Below, piece after piece: positions 61,166 through 64,000 of a stretch of DNA of 64,000 nucleotides. How positions within the stretch are numbered: the first letter of the stretch is position 1; the number at the start of each line of letters is the position of its first letter. The translations under genes were made by a program, and so were the position numbers. The notes under the pieces are model-generated. The model had not been told where the DNA came from and ran no database searches. It saw only the letters and a program-made list of their open reading frames with translations. The stretch comes from Candidatus Helarchaeota archaeon (GTDB lineage Archaea > Asgardarchaeota > Lokiarchaeia > Helarchaeales > RDOG01), in contig JAHPZH010000009.1 in the NCBI GenBank assembly GCA_019058315.1, positions 128,001 through 192,000 of the forward strand. Reading direction: 5' to 3'.

Positions 61166-62629
61166 TTATTTATTGTGGAATTTTGTATAATCCAGAATTT
61201 TCCGTAGAGTATTTGCTGCGTTTTTAACCCCTGAGAAGCATAAAACATTTGTTTCGTTCAGAGCCTCCCTAAATTTTGTTGAAATCCGTGCAACTCCCTC
61301 ATCTACTACTAAAATAGGGTTAATAATCACGAATAACGATGACATCTTCCTGAATATCCTTCCAAAAGACCGTCCAAGAGAAGCAATAAATGTTTCCCCT
61401 AACGCTCCTGCATACATGTTAAGCCAATGGGCGGCCATGTATAAAAATACTATATCAATATTCTCATCTTGATCCAATATTTTTGCCGTTTTTATTAAAA
61501 CATTCGGATCTGCTGCAGCTATTCCAGTATCTATTGGATTTCTTACGCTGGTATTGACATCCGGATATAATAGTCTGAGTTTTTGTTGAGTTGCATCCGT
61601 TAATTCATTTAATTGTAAGCCTTCTTTAGTCATGATGTCCGTAATTTCTACAGAACTTCCTCCCCCAGGGACTATAACGGCAGCACTATCTCCTCTAGGG
61701 TATTTTGTATTAACCATTTTTGAGAAAGCATAAAGTACATCCCAAAATTGCCCACTTTCTTCCACAAAAACTCCCCCTGCTTGCTTTATTGCATTTTTCC
61801 AAACTGATAATGGAGATGCAATGGCACCTGTATGGCTTGCGGCAGCCCTTTCCCCCGCTTTGGATTGACCACCCTTCCAAATTATTACAGGTTTATTAGG
61901 CGTGACCTCTCTCATTTTCTGGAAAAACTCATTTCCATTTGCACTACCCGTGCTTTCTAAATACATCCCAATAACTTCTGTATCAGGATCTTTTGAGTAA
62001 TAATCGAGTATTTCCAAACAATTAACATCGATTTGATTGCCAAATGATAAACCCTTACTGAAGTAGAGAAATTTATGCTCTTGAACCTCTGCTAATATCA
62101 TTGCATGTCCTCCCGATTGCGAACCAAATGCAATATTGCCGCTCTTCATTGAAGCTAGAGCATTATAAGTTACCCTACTTTTAGGACAAAGAGGACCTAT
62201 ACAATTTGGACCAATTAGCCTAGTATCTGTACCTTTTACAATTTCTAAGACTGTATCTGTTAAATTTAAACCCTCTTGGGTCAGGAGTTCATTAAAACCA
62301 GATGTAAATATTAATACAAATTTGACATTCCTTTCTACAGCTTCTCTTACTAAATCTGGTACCAGTTCTGCTTTAATACAAGAAATTACTAAATCCAATT
62401 CTTCTGCAATCGCTTTCAAAGAAGGATAAAAAGTAAATCCGTTAATTTCTTGTCCAACATATTTGGGATTAACTAAAAACATTTTTTCTTTCGGATACCC
62501 ACTTTTAGAAAGAGGTCCAACAAAAAAATCTCCCATTTTTGGTTTACCACTTGCCCCTACGATAGTAATATTCTTTGGAAAAAATAAAGGATCAAAATCT
62601 GTATTTTTAGATGGTTTCTGATTATTCAT
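61166..62629 (-). CDS. Acyl-CoA synthetase (NDP-forming) alpha-type subunit
   Basis: LFFPKNITIVGAS, SGFNE, IGPNC, SQSG, MYLE, KGG, AAASHTGA, NPID. Confidence 0.92.
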   Translation of the reverse strand: MNNQKPSKNTDFDPLFFPKNITIVGASGKPKMGDFFVGPLSKSGYPKEKMFLVNPKYVGQEINGFTFYPSLKAIAEELDLVISCIKAELVPDLVREAVERNVKFVLIFTSGFNELLTQEGLNLTDTVLEIVKGTDTRLIGPNCIGPLCPKSRVTYNALASMKSGNIAFGSQSGGHAMILAEVQEHKFLYFSKGLSFGNQIDVNCLEILDYYSKDPDTEVIGMYLESTGSANGNEFFQKMREVTPNKPVIIWKGGQSKAGERAAASHTGAIASPLSVWKNAIKQAGGVFVEESGQFWDVLYAFSKMVNTKYPRGDSAAVIVPGGGSSVEITDIMTKEGLQLNELTDATQQKLRLLYPDVNTSVRNPIDTGIAAADPNVLIKTAKILDQDENIDIVFLYMAAHWLNMYAGALGETFIASLGRSFGRIFRKMSSLFVIINPILVVDEGVARISTKFREALNETNVLCFSGVKNAANTLRKILDYTKFHNK

Positions 62630-62788
62630 TAGAATTATAGTTGATGATTTCGTTATTAAAAATATCTGGATTTTAAGTAGAATAACGAATAACAAAGTAA
62701 TACCGAAAGTGGTTAAGATTAAATAGTTGAAATTATTTATTATTACTACTATAAATTAAATATCATATTAGGAAGAGGTTAGAAGAAT

Positions 62789-63529
62789 TTGAGAAAAAAT
62801 ACAACCACAGAAAAGATTGATCCTCTTTTAATTATTGCGGGATTTGGTTTTTTAGCAATTTTTAGTTCTATATTATTTTATTCAATATCATTATTCGTAG
62901 GTGCCTCCTCTACTTATTTTCTAAAATGTGGAGCAAATGTCATTCCTATTGTTTTTGTAGGTGGCATTATAATGAGTGCAGGAATAATATTAAGTGGAAT
63001 AAAATTTGTTGATTTCTTTAAAAAAGATAAGAGACCGCTATCATTAATAATATTCATTGGTTCATTAGTGGCAGGTGTATTTAATACATTAATGTACTCC
63101 TTGTTCTGGTTCATACTTCGTAATACACTTTTTTATATTATGTTTGGAGTTTCTTTTTATTGTTTGGCTACCTATTTGAATTTATACGGTATTTACTTTA
63201 ATTCTGTAAGCAATTCAACTAAAAGGCCAAAATTCACTTTAATTTTGAGTGATATACTCATAGTTGCATCTGGAGTTTTTTTAGTGTTTATCACTATATT
63301 TGTGGGGACAGCTATAATGTGGTATGAAGAAACCATAGCTCTAAGAATAATTTCCATCTACTCTATAATTTTGGAACCACCATTAAGGGATGTTCAAAGA
63401 TTATTTTCCATCTTCTTCTTAATTTGTGGTGGTCCGCTTTTTATTTTTGCAAGTATACTATTTTCAGAAGGTGGATGGAAAGAGGCTACTGGTAGAACAT
63501 ACTTTCAAAGGACATGGATGGAGGGGTAG
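62789..63529 (+). CDS. Hypothetical multi-pass membrane protein
   Basis: About 6 TM segments. Confidence 0.65.
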   Translation: MRKNTTTEKIDPLLIIAGFGFLAIFSSILFYSISLFVGASSTYFLKCGANVIPIVFVGGIIMSAGIILSGIKFVDFFKKDKRPLSLIIFIGSLVAGVFNTLMYSLFWFILRNTLFYIMFGVSFYCLATYLNLYGIYFNSVSNSTKRPKFTLILSDILIVASGVFLVFITIFVGTAIMWYEETIALRIISIYSIILEPPLRDVQRLFSIFFLICGGPLFIFASILFSEGGWKEATGRTYFQRTWMEG

Positions 63530-63640
63530 TATAGAATGGAGTTTGACGCGGAAACGCTGAATAATGTAGTAATAATTTTAGAAGTGGACGCTTTTTAAAA
63601 TTTACCACCTATTTTTTTCCTAATTTCTAAATACTTGCCA

Positions 63641-63982
63641 TTAAAGATAAGGTATCACGCAAATAAAAGCTAATGGCTCATTTCCAACGTTTTTATATCC
63701 ATGCATCTCATTTGGAGGGACATAAATTACATCTCCAGGATTTATTTCCACGATACTGCCCTTGTTATCAAAAATTTCTCCTGATCCCTGAAGTATGTAT
63801 ATTTCATGTTCTTCGGGATGGTTGTGTAGTCCAATTTCCCCACCTGGTTGTATTTCAAAACGGCGCATCGTGAAGTTTTTCGCCCCATCTTTGTTTGTAA
63901 TGAGCCATTGAATCGTGGTTTTCTTTGAATTCGCTTTCGTAACATTTTCCAATTCAATATCTTTAACATGTTTTTTTATCAT
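63641..63982 (-). CDS. Cupin domain protein
   Basis: FTMRRFEIQPGG...HNHPEEHEIYIL.G.G...PGDVIYVPPNEMH. Confidence 0.92.
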   Translation of the reverse strand: MIKKHVKDIELENVTKANSKKTTIQWLITNKDGAKNFTMRRFEIQPGGEIGLHNHPEEHEIYILQGSGEIFDNKGSIVEINPGDVIYVPPNEMHGYKNVGNEPLAFICVIPYL

Positions 63983-64000
63983 GTTGAATAATTATAAACT

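Overview
AT-rich archaeal genomic window. Rab-like GTPases, a ubiquitin-like domain, and MIT, longin-like and LRR proteins next to archaeal core genes suggest an Asgard archaeon (inference; Lokiarchaeia/Helarchaeales-like). About 1-33 kb is conserved core: pcm, trm5, alaS, pyrH, the proteasome/exosome superoperon (psmA-SBDS-rrp4-rrp41-rrp42-rpl37ae-pcc1-pfdB), F420 genes, tgtA-Sm3-thermosome and rpo1N-rpo1C-rpl30e-nusA. About 33-64 kb is a patchwork of metabolic, TPR/LRR and eukaryote-signature-like genes. Main result: two unrelated protein-coding genes, exosome subunit rrp41 and an HDAC-family deacetylase, look broken in the ORF track. Each is interrupted by a 32-nt insertion that folds into a bulge-helix-bulge (BHB) splicing motif. 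Cutting at the canonical BHB positions restores both the reading frame and the conserved motif. Both tRNA genes also carry BHB-type introns (tRNA-Arg at 59/60; tRNA-Glu at 15/16, 37/38 and 45/46), giving six small introns in about 21 kb. This points to tRNA-endonuclease-type mRNA splicing beyond the known crenarchaeal cbf5 case. Other oddities: an apparently shifted Rpo1 split with tandem Zn-ribbons, paralogous Zn-finger microproteins apparently starting at ATA, a candidate box C/D sRNA and a uDENN/longin-ubiquitin-like fusion. All calls are by eye; no searches or folding programs were run.
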